Source: Microcoleus sp.
GTDB taxonomy: Bacteria; Cyanobacteriota; Cyanobacteriia; Cyanobacteriales; Microcoleaceae
Assembly (NCBI GenBank): GCA_042408215.1
Contig: JAYFMW010000006.1
Span: forward strand, 448,001-512,000
Reading direction: 5' to 3'
Length of the DNA: 64,000 bases
Below are positions 31,561 through 42,439 of the stretch, piece after piece. The position numbers and the translations under genes were made by a program. How positions within the stretch are numbered: position 1 is the first letter of the stretch; each line of letters starts with the position of its first letter. The notes under the pieces were generated by a model. The model worked only from the letters and a program-made list of their open reading frames with translations. It was not told the DNA's origin and did no database searches.

Positions 31561-32292
31561 TCAAGTCAATTCATCCGGGTTAATTCCCATCTCCCGCAAC
31601 CTTTCTGCTAAAAGCTGCGATCGGCTTCTTTCCTCCTCTAACGCTGTCTCAGCAAGTTCAGCCCGCTGACGTAACGCTGTCTCAGCAAGTTCAGCCCGAT
31701 CGCGTTCTGACTCTAAAACTTGACAAATCTCAATGTAGGAAAGAAACCGCGTGTCATCAGGACGATAAATCTGCAACTGAGAACCAGATAAATCAAACCG
31801 AATTTTCAACCAGGGACTGACCCAATTTTCCAGAGATTCGATCGCGTCTAACCCATCTTCACCCCGCAGCCAACCTGTGAGTTGATTGTTGTCAGGATTG
31901 TAAATGTAATATTCTTCAACACCGTAGCGATCGTAAAACAGGAGCTTTTTATCCATCTCATTTTTAGAATTACTACGAGACAGAATTTCAAACACTACTT
32001 GCGGTGCAATTCCATCCTCATTCCACTGCTGATAAGAACCCCGATCGCCCTTCGGTCTACCAAATGCTACCATCACATCCGGTGCATTAACAATATTGTT
32101 GCGTCCCTCTACCGGATACCAAAGCAAATCGCCCGCCACAAATACATTTTGGTCATTGGCATACATTGCTTCTATATTCTGCTCAACGACGAAAATCCAG
32201 CGAAACTGCTTGGTATTATTTGCCATCGGTTGACCATCACTTTCGGGATAAATAACTTCTGGTTGGGTTGGAGATTGAATTTGAGAAACCAT
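31561..32292 (-). CDS. Uma2 family endonuclease-like protein
   Basis: YPESDGQPM, APDVMV, VVFEILS and YGVEEYY motifs. The coiled-coil tail has a 33-bp internal duplication. Confidence 0.92.
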   Translation of the reverse strand: MVSQIQSPTQPEVIYPESDGQPMANNTKQFRWIFVVEQNIEAMYANDQNVFVAGDLLWYPVEGRNNIVNAPDVMVAFGRPKGDRGSYQQWNEDGIAPQVVFEILSRSNSKNEMDKKLLFYDRYGVEEYYIYNPDNNQLTGWLRGEDGLDAIESLENWVSPWLKIRFDLSGSQLQIYRPDDTRFLSYIEICQVLESERDRAELAETALRQRAELAETALEEERSRSQLLAERLREMGINPDELT

Positions 32293-32364
32293 AGCATCAA
32301 AGGAACTTTGCCTAGGGATATTTTAATTTTAGCACAAAGCTAATAGATTAGTTTTGAGATAGAA

Positions 32365-32452
32365 TATAGCCTTTCTCAGTAACAGTGCGGTGCACGCTTG
32401 ATATAGGGCATAGGGCATAGGGCATACCTCACCAAGATTGAGAACTGCTATA
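32365..32452. mobile_element. Small MITE with TATAGC..TTCTCA TIRs and ATAGGGC heptamer cargo
   Basis: TATAGCCTTTCTCAGT and ATTGAGAACTGCTATA are imperfect inverted ends. Confidence 0.6.
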
Positions 32453-32491
32453 GATGCGATCGCGATCGGCTCAATTTACCGCTCTCAATTT

Positions 32492-34135
32492 TCAAAGCTC
32501 TTTAATCATCCAGTAAGTCAGCATTTTCCCTTTGCCTTTCACTTCGATCATCCCCCGTTCCTCAAAAATAAATTGTTCCTTCAAACGCTCATAAGTCGCC
32601 CCCGTAACTTGAATTTTCCCCGGCATTCCGTTCGACTCCATCCGCGAAGCAACATTAACAGTATCCCCCCACAAATCATAGCTAAACTTGCTAATTCCAA
32701 TAATTCCAGCCACCACAGAACCGCTGTGAATGCCAATCCGCAATTGAAAAGTTTCTCCGATTTTGAGATTAAACTGAGTCAAAGCCGATTGCATCTCCAA
32801 AGCCAAAAGTGCGATCGCCTGTGCATGATCTTCCCGCGCAGTAGGCAACCCTCCAACTACCATGTAAGCATCCCCAATAGTCTTAATTTTTTCCAACCCG
32901 TGGGACTCAGACAACCTATCAAACTCACAAAAAATCCCATTCAAAATTTCCACCAACTGAGTCGGAGTTTTGCGGGCAGAAAACTCCGTAAAACCCACCA
33001 AATCCGCAAACAAAACGCTCACTTCATCAAAATGATCCGCGATCAGTTTTTGCTCTTTTTGCAAGCGCTCCGCAATCGGTTTCGGTAAAATATTCAGCAG
33101 CAATCTCTCTGTTTGTTTTTGCTGCAATCTCAGCGATTCCTCAGCTTGCTTGCGCTGAATCAACGCACCTAGCTGAGTCGCAACAGCACTCACTAATTCC
33201 AACAATCGTGGCTGACATTCAAGATTTTGATCGCGATAAAAAATCAAAACAGCTAGCACCTGATTGTCAGCCAAAATCGGCACCCCGAAAGCTGCTTTCA
33301 ACCCCACATTAGCTGCTATTTGCGATCGCAAAAAAACCTGTTCCGGTGCGGTAGAAACATCATCGATCCATTCAGACTGCTGTCCAAGCCAAATCCTCCC
33401 CGGCATTCCCACACCAGGCTGGAAACTTAACTGACAACTTGTCTGTCTGAATTCCGAGAAACTCAAATCGCTAGCATACCTGCCTAGAGCGCATTTTAAG
33501 ACTTGGCCGTCACTGCTGGGAATCCAAGCTTCGCCCAAATTCCATTCAATTGTTTCGCAAATCAACCTTAAAATCAAATCTATAGCAGACTCAAAATTTT
33601 CAGATTTGCTAATAGCTTGAGTAGCTCTCAGCAGCAATCTAGTTTCCATTTCAACCTGTCTGCGTTCGGCAATTTCCTGATGCAGTTGGACATTTTGTTC
33701 AGTCAGTTTTTGATTCTTTTCTTGCAATTGTATTTGCAAGGAACGCACAGCAAGTTGATTGCTAACTCGCGCCAATACTTCCTTCATCTGAAAAGGTTTT
33801 GTGATGTAATCAGAACCCCCAACTTCAAAGGCTTTTGCCTTGTTTATTCCTTCTTCAATGGCGCTGAGAAAAATAATCGGGATCTGGCTAAATTGCGGCT
33901 CTGCTTTCAATTGTTGACAAAGCTCATAGCCGTCTAGATCGGGCATCATAATATCCAGCAAAATCAAATCTGGAGGGCTAGATTGAATCGCCTCTAAAGC
34001 TGAAAAACCGTTAGTAACAGGTCTCACTTTGTAGCCCTGTTTTTGCAAGATTCTAATCAACAAACGCAAGTTATCTGGCGTATCGTCAACTACTAAAATA
34101 TCCGCTTGATAGTGTTCATTTTGTTCTGCCATCAT
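32492..34135 (-). CDS. Adenylate cyclase, REC-GAF-class III cyclase
   Basis: FADLVGFT, KIKTIGDAYM and YDLWGDTVNVASRMES motifs. The Lys/Asp specificity residues point to ATP as substrate. Confidence 0.9.
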   Translation of the reverse strand: MMAEQNEHYQADILVVDDTPDNLRLLIRILQKQGYKVRPVTNGFSALEAIQSSPPDLILLDIMMPDLDGYELCQQLKAEPQFSQIPIIFLSAIEEGINKAKAFEVGGSDYITKPFQMKEVLARVSNQLAVRSLQIQLQEKNQKLTEQNVQLHQEIAERRQVEMETRLLLRATQAISKSENFESAIDLILRLICETIEWNLGEAWIPSSDGQVLKCALGRYASDLSFSEFRQTSCQLSFQPGVGMPGRIWLGQQSEWIDDVSTAPEQVFLRSQIAANVGLKAAFGVPILADNQVLAVLIFYRDQNLECQPRLLELVSAVATQLGALIQRKQAEESLRLQQKQTERLLLNILPKPIAERLQKEQKLIADHFDEVSVLFADLVGFTEFSARKTPTQLVEILNGIFCEFDRLSESHGLEKIKTIGDAYMVVGGLPTAREDHAQAIALLALEMQSALTQFNLKIGETFQLRIGIHSGSVVAGIIGISKFSYDLWGDTVNVASRMESNGMPGKIQVTGATYERLKEQFIFEERGMIEVKGKGKMLTYWMIKEL

Positions 34136-34145
34136 CTGAGTTATT

Positions 34146-36653
34146 TTAGTTTTCCGCCTCGCTAATTAAAATGAGAATTTTCTGGTAATCAAAATTATCT
34201 AGATGACCCTGGAGGAGTTCGGAAAATGCCGGATTTTCACTCCAGATTTCCTCTATTGTCCTAGCAATTAAGTCAAAGTCTGCGTTGCGGATTACCTGCT
34301 TCATTTTGCCGATCCATTCTGCGGGCAGTTTGGACGCAGAAGTAAGTGTAAAAGTTGAGGTAGAGTCAGATAGCTGCGGACGATCGCAACTTGAGCAAGA
34401 GTAAGTGTAATTCACCCCCAAATGTCTGTTGAGCGTATCAAATATATCTGTTTTGCGGAAAGGTTTGCAGATCAAATCGTCACAACCCACAAATAAAACA
34501 AAAGCTGGTTTTTCGGCAATTGTACTAGCTGTCAAGGCAATAATCTTCGGAATAGGGCATTCTATAAGGGAAACGTTCATTTCCTTGCCCCCTGCTTGCT
34601 CTCTCTCCCTCTGCTGTACTCTAGCTCTAATTTCTCTAGTAGCTTCATAGCCATCCATGACGGGCATTCGCAGATCCATTAAGATTAAGTGCGGCTGCCA
34701 ATTTTCCCATATTTCTACTGCTTCGCGGCCGTTGCTGGCTTCTTCGACTGCGAAACCAATGGGATAAAGCATTTTTACTAACAGTTGACGGTTGTCTTCG
34801 CGATCGTCCACAATTAAAATCCGATAGCGGGGTTGATGGGGTTGCAAACCAGTAACTTCGCGATCGATTTGCGGAGCAAGTATGGCGATCGGATCGACTA
34901 CACTGAGTGGAATCTCGAATTTAAAAGTAGTGCCCTGTTCGAGTTGGCTTTCCACGGTGATCTGGCCACCCATTAGGAGTACAAATTGCCGGCTAATAGT
35001 TAATCCCAAACCCGTGCCTTTCTGCGTTTTTTGACCGGATGATGTTTGCACGAAGGCTTGAAAAACATGGCTTAATTCTTCGGGGGAAATGCCAACTCCG
35101 GTATCTTGAATTTCAAAGCTCAGGGAGAAATCAGAACTTGTTTGATTTTCCGATAAACTGACAATTGCATCTTCTGACTTCTTGCTTCTGACTTCTTGCT
35201 TCTGACTTCTATCCGTTACATCCGTTACAGAATCCGTTGCCGAACTTCCTTCTTCCTTCTTCTTAACTCTGACTGACACCGTACCTATCGGCGTAAATTT
35301 AATTGCATTACTGAGGAGATTGATCAGCACTTGCCGCAGTTTGACAGCATCGGTTTGCACGTACTGGGGAACGTCAGCAGCGCGCTGGAAAAGTAACTCT
35401 ACTTGTTGATTTTGCGATCGCAGTTGAAACATATCTTCCAACTCGTCTAGCAAGCGGTAGAGGTCAAAGTTTGTAGAATCGAGCGTCATCCGCCCAGCTT
35501 CTATTTTTGATAAGTCTAAAGCTTGATTGATCAGGGTAAGCAAGTGTTCGCCACTGCGGTGAATAATTCTGAGACTTTCTCGGTTTTCGCGAGTAAGATT
35601 GGGGCTGGGTTCCATGATTTGAGCAAAGCCCAGTATGGCGTTGAGGGGAGTACGCAACTCGTGGCTCATGTTGGCCAGGAATGTACTTTTAGCTTTGTTT
35701 GCTGCTTCGGCAATTAATGCGGCTTGTTGCAGTTGTTCTGTACGTTCAACAATTTCCGATTCTAAGGTGCGCTGGTAATCTGCTACTATTTTTTCGGCTT
35801 GTTTGCGTCCACTAATATCTTGAAAAGCCGCGATCGCATAAACAATATTTCCGCTGCTATCAAAAATTGGCGTGGTAGTTATCTCCAGGGCAATTATCTT
35901 GCCATTCGGGCGGATTTCTACGTCATCAACCATGACAAATTCCCCCCTCAGTGCCCGCAAAATCGGCAGATTATCCGGCGGGTATAGCTCATCACTATTG
36001 GCTACATAAAGTTGATAAGTTGCAGCTAATTGTTCCGCAGTGCTTTCCGGGATAGTATCAGCACCCAGCAACTGCCGCGCCCTGTCATTAAAATAGGCGA
36101 TCGTACCATCAGGATTGTAAACAGATACCCCCACCGGCAAAGCTTCTAAAAATTGATTTAGCCTACTTTCACTGGCAGACAGCGCCTGATTTACTCGCCT
36201 CAACTCCTCGTTTGCTTCTTGTCGCTTCAGGATTTCATCTGTTAACTTTTGATCTTGCAAGTAACTATGAACTGCTTCTACCACTGTTAATTTTAAATCT
36301 TCATTGTGCCAAGGTTTAGGAATGTAACGATATAACTTAGCATACTTAATCGCATTGCTCAGGGCTTCTAAATCTGCTTGACCCGTCAGCATAATAGTTA
36401 ACGTCTCGGGAGATCTTTCGTGAATTTGTCTCAGCAGTTCATCTCCTTTAATATCTGGCATAATATAATCGGAAAGCACTAAGGCAATTTCATATTCATC
36501 AGCCTGTAAATCAGCCAGTAAATCTAAAGCATCTTGTCCCCCTTCTGCCGTTTCAATAATACAGCGATCGCCGATCGCCTTTTTCAGTTCAATCTTTAAA
36601 CTGTTCAAAACATCAGGTTCATCATCAATGCAAACAATCACAGGTTTTTTCAT
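34146..36653 (-). CDS. Hybrid histidine kinase REC-PAS-HisKA-HATPase-REC
   Basis: The start overlaps the upstream stop (ATGA at 36650-36653). MSHELRTPLN H-box and two receiver domains. Confidence 0.9.
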   Translation of the reverse strand: MKKPVIVCIDDEPDVLNSLKIELKKAIGDRCIIETAEGGQDALDLLADLQADEYEIALVLSDYIMPDIKGDELLRQIHERSPETLTIMLTGQADLEALSNAIKYAKLYRYIPKPWHNEDLKLTVVEAVHSYLQDQKLTDEILKRQEANEELRRVNQALSASESRLNQFLEALPVGVSVYNPDGTIAYFNDRARQLLGADTIPESTAEQLAATYQLYVANSDELYPPDNLPILRALRGEFVMVDDVEIRPNGKIIALEITTTPIFDSSGNIVYAIAAFQDISGRKQAEKIVADYQRTLESEIVERTEQLQQAALIAEAANKAKSTFLANMSHELRTPLNAILGFAQIMEPSPNLTRENRESLRIIHRSGEHLLTLINQALDLSKIEAGRMTLDSTNFDLYRLLDELEDMFQLRSQNQQVELLFQRAADVPQYVQTDAVKLRQVLINLLSNAIKFTPIGTVSVRVKKKEEGSSATDSVTDVTDRSQKQEVRSKKSEDAIVSLSENQTSSDFSLSFEIQDTGVGISPEELSHVFQAFVQTSSGQKTQKGTGLGLTISRQFVLLMGGQITVESQLEQGTTFKFEIPLSVVDPIAILAPQIDREVTGLQPHQPRYRILIVDDREDNRQLLVKMLYPIGFAVEEASNGREAVEIWENWQPHLILMDLRMPVMDGYEATREIRARVQQREREQAGGKEMNVSLIECPIPKIIALTASTIAEKPAFVLFVGCDDLICKPFRKTDIFDTLNRHLGVNYTYSCSSCDRPQLSDSTSTFTLTSASKLPAEWIGKMKQVIRNADFDLIARTIEEIWSENPAFSELLQGHLDNFDYQKILILISEAEN

Positions 36654-37042
36654 AACTTTGCTAGCCCCGATTTTATCGTCTCTATTAACTCTTCGCGATT
36701 CCACGGTTTGTACAGACAGCAGTATAAATCTGCTTGAGTTACAGCTCGTTCAACTGCTGCTACATCTGCTTGACCCGTCAACATCACTTTCACCATCTTA
36801 GGATATTTTTGGTGAATTTTGATTAAAAGTTCATCACCTTTAATTCCCGGCATCAGCCAATCAGAAACAACCACAACCACTCGCTCGTCCTCTGAGAAAT
36901 CTGCAATTAACTCTAAAGCTTCATCACCACTTTCAGCTAATTCATAAAAATAATTATCTTTAAACTCATTTTTAAGTTGGATTTTGAGAGTATGCAAGAT
37001 ATCTGGTTCATCGTCAACGCAAAGAATTATAGGTTTATTCAT
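36650..37042 (-). CDS. Single-domain response regulator
   Basis: VDDE, SDWLMP and YKPW motifs. Confidence 0.92.
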   Translation of the reverse strand: MNKPIILCVDDEPDILHTLKIQLKNEFKDNYFYELAESGDEALELIADFSEDERVVVVVSDWLMPGIKGDELLIKIHQKYPKMVKVMLTGQADVAAVERAVTQADLYCCLYKPWNREELIETIKSGLAKL

Positions 37043-37061
37043 TTTCTCTTCCTACTTGAGT

Positions 37062-38486
37062 TTAACCGATTGGCAGCGAGACTGTAAATGTTGTCTCCCC
37101 CGGAACCGACTCTACCGTAACATTTCCTTCATGTTTATCTACAATTTTTCTGACAATATCTAATCCCAAACCGCTGCCTTCCCCAGTAGATTTAGTTGTA
37201 AAAAATGGCTGAAAAATCTTCGGAATAACGTCTGGGGGAATACCTTTGCCACTGTCGGTAAATCTGAGGAATATCCTCCCCTCTTTTTGCAGAGTTTCAA
37301 TAGTTAAAGTTCCGTGATAATCCATAGCTTGCAAAGCATTATGAATTAAATTTGTCCACACTTGATTTAGGTCATCTGGATAGCAGATAATTTTGGGTAA
37401 ATTCCCATATTTTCTAATTACCTCCATACCGTGCTTTAGTTGATTTTGATAAAGCGTTAAAACCGTTTCAATACCTTCGTGCAAGTTAGCTTCCACTTTG
37501 GATTGCTGGTTATCGAAATGAGCGTAGCTTTTCAAGGCAAACACTACTTTACCCGACTTCGCTGTTGCTCTTTGAATCAAGCTAATACTTTTTTTAAAGC
37601 TAGCAAACTGGTAAGCAGTATTTAAAACTTTTTCCCAGTCAGATAATTTAAAAAGTGGCAACAAGTCTTCTATGTTCTCGTAAATTTCCATATCAACTAA
37701 AGTGTCAGCTATATCCTCACACTCAGCTATTTCTTCTGCTTTTAAATAGCTGATTAAATGCTGTTTAAATTGACGCTTTTCTTTGCTTGTTAGGAGATTT
37801 ACTTGATGATTTGATCTGTTCATTAACAGCGAAAAATAAGCTTTGCTTTCTGAAGAAATTTCTTGGAAAAATTCCGGTAATTTTTCCAAATTAGCGTCCC
37901 AAAAATTAGCAATGTTCTCAATAGACGAACCAATAATGCCCAGGGGCGTATTGATTTCGTGGGCAATGCCAGCAATCAGTTGTCCGAGGGCGGCCATTTT
38001 TTCCGATTGAATCAAATGCTCTTGAGTTGTTTGCAGTTGTAGGATCGCAGTTGCTAAATCTTGATTTTTTTCTTGCAAACTCTGTTGCAGCGAACAAATT
38101 TTTAAGTGCGTTTCGATGCGAGCTAAAACTTCTTCAACCTGAAAGGGTTTGGTGATAAAATCAACTCCCCCAACTGCAAAAGCTTTAACTTTATCCAGCA
38201 CGTCATTGATCGCACTAATAAAAATCACAGGAATGTCTTTTGTAATTTCAGAAGCTTTGAGTTGCTGGCAAACTTGATAGCCGTCCATTTCCGGCATCAT
38301 AATATCCAGCAGCACTAAATCTGGGGGTATTTTTTGGGCAGCAGAGAGTGCTAGCTTGCCATTGGGTACGGGGCGAACTTGATAGCCTTTTTCGCTGAGA
38401 ATTCCTGCGAGCAGGCGGAGGTTTTCTGGCGTGTCGTCAACTACTAAAATGTTGCCTTGATGGGTTTTTGGTAAAGTAGAAATCAT
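37062..38486 (-). CDS. Hybrid kinase REC-HisKA-HATPase (NtrB-type H box)
   Basis: AHEINTPL, FFTTK and GSGLGL motifs. Confidence 0.92.
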   Translation of the reverse strand: MISTLPKTHQGNILVVDDTPENLRLLAGILSEKGYQVRPVPNGKLALSAAQKIPPDLVLLDIMMPEMDGYQVCQQLKASEITKDIPVIFISAINDVLDKVKAFAVGGVDFITKPFQVEEVLARIETHLKICSLQQSLQEKNQDLATAILQLQTTQEHLIQSEKMAALGQLIAGIAHEINTPLGIIGSSIENIANFWDANLEKLPEFFQEISSESKAYFSLLMNRSNHQVNLLTSKEKRQFKQHLISYLKAEEIAECEDIADTLVDMEIYENIEDLLPLFKLSDWEKVLNTAYQFASFKKSISLIQRATAKSGKVVFALKSYAHFDNQQSKVEANLHEGIETVLTLYQNQLKHGMEVIRKYGNLPKIICYPDDLNQVWTNLIHNALQAMDYHGTLTIETLQKEGRIFLRFTDSGKGIPPDVIPKIFQPFFTTKSTGEGSGLGLDIVRKIVDKHEGNVTVESVPGETTFTVSLPIG

Positions 38487-38494
38487 TTAGGGCT

Positions 38495-41400
38495 TTACTG
38501 CTCCTCGCTTTTAGCAATTACACTCAAAATGCGATCGTATTCAAAATTATCAATGCAATCTAGGAGTGTGTCAGCAAGCTCAGGGTTGACAGTGCCGATT
38601 TGTGCGATCGAACTGGCGATCGCCTCCATATCCACACTCAAAATAGTTTGCTTGAATGCAGCTACCCAGTCGGGAGCAAGAGAGGCGATCGCCCCTGGTG
38701 TCAGGAAGTCATGACTTGACTCCCCCGTAGCTGCCAGACTAGCTGCTGTTGGATCTTCATAAATATAGCGTACTCCTAAATGTTTGCCCATTGTTGCAAA
38801 AATATCTTCCTCTCGGAACGGTTTCCGCATAAAATCATCGCAACCCGTCGAAAGAATCACCGCCCGTTCTTCCTCCAAAACACTAGCAGTCAAAGCTATA
38901 ATCGCAGTTGCTTGTCCTTGAGTAGTAGTTTTAATCTGTTTTGTTGCCTCATACCCATCCATTACAGGCATCCTCATATCCATCCAAATCAAGTGTGGCT
39001 CCCACTCCGCACAAATATCCACCGCTTCCTGGCCATTATTCGCTTCTCTCAATTCAAACCCCAGGGGGTTCAGAAGTTTTACCAACAGTAGGCGATTCAG
39101 GGGTTTATCGTCCACAATCAGCAAGCGGTAGCAGGGCTGATTCGGTTCGAGAGCAATAACTCGAAGTTGGGGTTTTTTGCTCTGAATATCGGCAGCTTCA
39201 ACCAGATTAACTTGAATATCAAACTGAAATATTGCACCCTGACCAACCTCGCTACTAATGGTAATTTCTCCTCCCATCAATTGCACAAACTGGCGGCTGA
39301 TCGCTAAACCTAAACCCGTTCCTTCCTGAGAATCTTTCCCGGTTTTTGTCTGTACAAATGCTTCAAACAACTGATTAATTTCGTCAGCATCAATACCTGC
39401 ACCGGTATCTTGCACTTCAAAATGTACTGAGTAGCGATCGGGTACTTGGGAATTGCTATTGTTGTGTTTCTTCCCTAAGCCCCCTCTAACTTGCACTGAA
39501 ACTCCCCCTGATGAAGTAAATTTAATTGCATTGTTAAGCAAGTTAATTAAGACTTGGCGCAACTTGACTTCATCGGTGCAAATATAGTGAGGCACTTCCG
39601 CATCCCGAACGAATAGTAACTGCAAGCCTTTTTCCTCAGCTTTCAGAGCAAACATATCTTCCAAATCGTCCAGCAGTCGATACAAATCAAAGTTTTTTTC
39701 ATTGATTGTACTGCGTCCAGCTTCAATTTTTGACAAGTCTAAAACTTGGTTAATTAAAGTCAGTAAATGTTCGCCACTCCGCAGGATGATTCCCACATTT
39801 TCTTGATTTTCTGAAGAGAGAGTTTTACTGCGAATCAAGACTTGAGCAAAGCCGATAACAGCATTCAGCGGAGAGCGCAATTCGTGGCTCATATTTGCGA
39901 GGAAGATACTTTTAGCTTTGTTAGCTGCTTCCGCTGCTTCTTTTGCCCGCTGCATTTGGATTTCGGCTTGTTTGCTAGCAGTAATATCTTTAATAAAACC
40001 TTCATAGTAGAGTAGATTGTTTTCGCGATCGCCCACAGCGCGGGAATTTTCAGAAATCCAAACAATACTGCCATCTTTTCTGTAAATTTGCGATTCAAAA
40101 TTTGACAGTATCCCGTACTTATTCATCAGTTCTACAAATTCATCGTGGCGCTTGGGATTCACGTAAAGCTGATTATGGAAATTCGGCTGCGCTGCTATTA
40201 ATTCTGCTGTCGATTCGTACCCGTAGATAGTAGCTAAAGCGGGGTTAGCGCTGATGTATTTTCCGTCAACAGCAGTCTGAAAAATGCCATTTAAAGCATT
40301 TTCATAAATGTTGCGGTACTTTTCTTCGGCTTCCCGCAGGGCGGTTTCTGCTTTTTGGCGATCGGTAATATCACTAGAAATCGACAAAAAACAAGCTTGT
40401 CCGTCAATATCAATAGTTTCGATGGACAGCAGCGCTGCTCTTTCTGTACCGCTTTTATTGCGAAACCTCAGCTCGTAATTGTGAAGAGCTGTTTTATTTT
40501 TTAACATTTGAATCATGCGATCTCGCTCTGCCAAAGTAGCCCAAAAATTGAGTTCTACCGCTGTTTTGCCAATAATTTCTGCGTGACTGTAGCCGATCAT
40601 CTGGCAAAAACTTTCATTGACCTCTATATGGCAACCATCGCTAATTCTCGTCAGGGTAATCGCATTAGGACTTAAACGAAAAGCTTTAGAAAACTTTTCT
40701 TGTGCTTTGGCAATTTCTGCGGTACGTTTGGCAACTTGTGATTCTAAATTTTGCTTGTATTCTCTTGACAGTTGCTCCGCTAATTTGCGTTCTGTAATAT
40801 TTTGAAAAGCACACATCCCGTAAATAATATTCCCTTGCTCGTCATAAATAGGAGTTCCCGAAACTTCCAGGGGAACAGCTTCGTTGAGCAGGAACACTTC
40901 CAGGTCGTCAACAGTTACACTTTTGCCCTGCAAAGCATTCAAAATTGGGTCGCGCTCTGCCGGATAAATTTGCTCAGTTCCAGCTAAATAAATGCGGTAG
41001 GAATTGCGTAAATTTTCAGCATCTGATTCCAAAATGCCTTGACCTAAAAGTTGCTCTCCAGCAGGATTAATGTAATAGGGTTTGCCTTGTGTATCGACAA
41101 TAAAAATACCGAGGGGAATAGCATTTAGAAACTGTTTAAGTCGGCTCTCACTTGACCTGAGCGATGTAAATGAATGCTGCAATTGCTCGGCCATGCTGTT
41201 AAAAGAATCGGCAAGTTCTCCGAGTTCGTCTTCCCGATCGATCGTTACTTTTGTATCCCATTCATTCCTCGCCAAAGCTTTCGCCGCCGCGTTCAATCTT
41301 AAAATCGGCCGCACCACCCATCTAGCAGTAATAATGCCCAGAATTGTCGCTGCGATCAAAGCTGCCACCGACAGGAAAATAGTGGTGCGGCTGTTGGCGT

Positions 41401-42439
41401 TAATTTGCTCCATAAAGTCCGACTCTGGAACAACTACCACAATCAGCCAATCCAATCCTCGCTCGTCTTTAAAAGGAGTTACCTGAAGAAAGTTGCGCTT
41501 TCCCTCAACTTCAAAAGTAAGCTGTTGAGAATTATTAATTTTGTCTAAGTTGCCGTATAATTTATCTAAATACAGTGCCGTTTGGCTCAGGACTGCGTTG
41601 TTGCTTTCTGAAGCCTTGATGCGCTTTACTTGTTTACCTTCAACTGCAAATTCGGGATTTTCAGTGGAAGTTGCGATCAACATTCCAGAGCGTTCCATCA
41701 CAAAAGTTTGTCCCGATTTGCCAATTTTGATGGTGCCGAGAAATTCCTTGATTCGGGAAAACAACAAATCGCAGCCAGCTACTCCTAACAAATTGCCGCT
41801 GTCATCGTAGATAGGCATAGCGGCAGTAATTGCCAAGTCTCTAGTTAAAAAATCAGTATAAATTTGACTCCAAATAGGTTTTTTTGCTGCCGCTGCTGCG
41901 ATGTACCAAGGTCGAGTTCGCGGGTCGTAAATATCGGGTGATATTTGCACTAATTTGACACGGTTTCCTTGAGAGTCGGCAGTATATCGAGCTAATTTAT
42001 TGTTAGTCGAACTGTCAGCAGCAGATATCAGAGTTCGATCTTTAGCTTGGAACGCTCCTGAGTGTTCTCCATTTTCCTTGCCTACATAAATGATGCTGAT
42101 CGAATCAAAATATTGAATTTGTTTGAGGAAATGGAGTTCTAGTTTTTGTGTTTCTTCTAGGTTCAACTGCCCCAATTTTAAGCTTTGAACATTGAGGTGA
42201 TTGACAATGTGAGGAATTGACATATAAGTTTGAATTTTGTCTTTAATCCGCTCAGTAATTTCTCCTCGCAACTGAGCGGCAACATCATTGACATCCCGCT
42301 GACCGTTTTGAAATGATAGCCAACCTACAACTCCGACAGTGCCAACAATTTGTACTAAAAAAGGAACTATAAGGACTGTTTGTAAGGGAGCTTTGCCGAT
42401 TATTTTAGTAGCCCAGCGATAGAGTTGTTTAGGAAACAT
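38495..42439 (-). CDS. Cache-HAMP-PAS x3 hybrid histidine kinase with C-terminal REC
   Basis: TM, YDPRTRPWY (dCache), HAMP, three PAS domains, MSHELRSPLN and a receiver. The track's N-terminal extension is STRR-derived. Confidence 0.92.
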   Translation of the reverse strand: MFPKQLYRWATKIIGKAPLQTVLIVPFLVQIVGTVGVVGWLSFQNGQRDVNDVAAQLRGEITERIKDKIQTYMSIPHIVNHLNVQSLKLGQLNLEETQKLELHFLKQIQYFDSISIIYVGKENGEHSGAFQAKDRTLISAADSSTNNKLARYTADSQGNRVKLVQISPDIYDPRTRPWYIAAAAAKKPIWSQIYTDFLTRDLAITAAMPIYDDSGNLLGVAGCDLLFSRIKEFLGTIKIGKSGQTFVMERSGMLIATSTENPEFAVEGKQVKRIKASESNNAVLSQTALYLDKLYGNLDKINNSQQLTFEVEGKRNFLQVTPFKDERGLDWLIVVVVPESDFMEQINANSRTTIFLSVAALIAATILGIITARWVVRPILRLNAAAKALARNEWDTKVTIDREDELGELADSFNSMAEQLQHSFTSLRSSESRLKQFLNAIPLGIFIVDTQGKPYYINPAGEQLLGQGILESDAENLRNSYRIYLAGTEQIYPAERDPILNALQGKSVTVDDLEVFLLNEAVPLEVSGTPIYDEQGNIIYGMCAFQNITERKLAEQLSREYKQNLESQVAKRTAEIAKAQEKFSKAFRLSPNAITLTRISDGCHIEVNESFCQMIGYSHAEIIGKTAVELNFWATLAERDRMIQMLKNKTALHNYELRFRNKSGTERAALLSIETIDIDGQACFLSISSDITDRQKAETALREAEEKYRNIYENALNGIFQTAVDGKYISANPALATIYGYESTAELIAAQPNFHNQLYVNPKRHDEFVELMNKYGILSNFESQIYRKDGSIVWISENSRAVGDRENNLLYYEGFIKDITASKQAEIQMQRAKEAAEAANKAKSIFLANMSHELRSPLNAVIGFAQVLIRSKTLSSENQENVGIILRSGEHLLTLINQVLDLSKIEAGRSTINEKNFDLYRLLDDLEDMFALKAEEKGLQLLFVRDAEVPHYICTDEVKLRQVLINLLNNAIKFTSSGGVSVQVRGGLGKKHNNSNSQVPDRYSVHFEVQDTGAGIDADEINQLFEAFVQTKTGKDSQEGTGLGLAISRQFVQLMGGEITISSEVGQGAIFQFDIQVNLVEAADIQSKKPQLRVIALEPNQPCYRLLIVDDKPLNRLLLVKLLNPLGFELREANNGQEAVDICAEWEPHLIWMDMRMPVMDGYEATKQIKTTTQGQATAIIALTASVLEEERAVILSTGCDDFMRKPFREEDIFATMGKHLGVRYIYEDPTAASLAATGESSHDFLTPGAIASLAPDWVAAFKQTILSVDMEAIASSIAQIGTVNPELADTLLDCIDNFEYDRILSVIAKSEEQ

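Noticed and set aside
32438..33088. 216-aa antisense ORF and similar shadow ORFs over the kinases, helicase and glsF
   Set aside because: They overlap well-supported genes on the opposite strand or in another frame and show no recognisable motifs.
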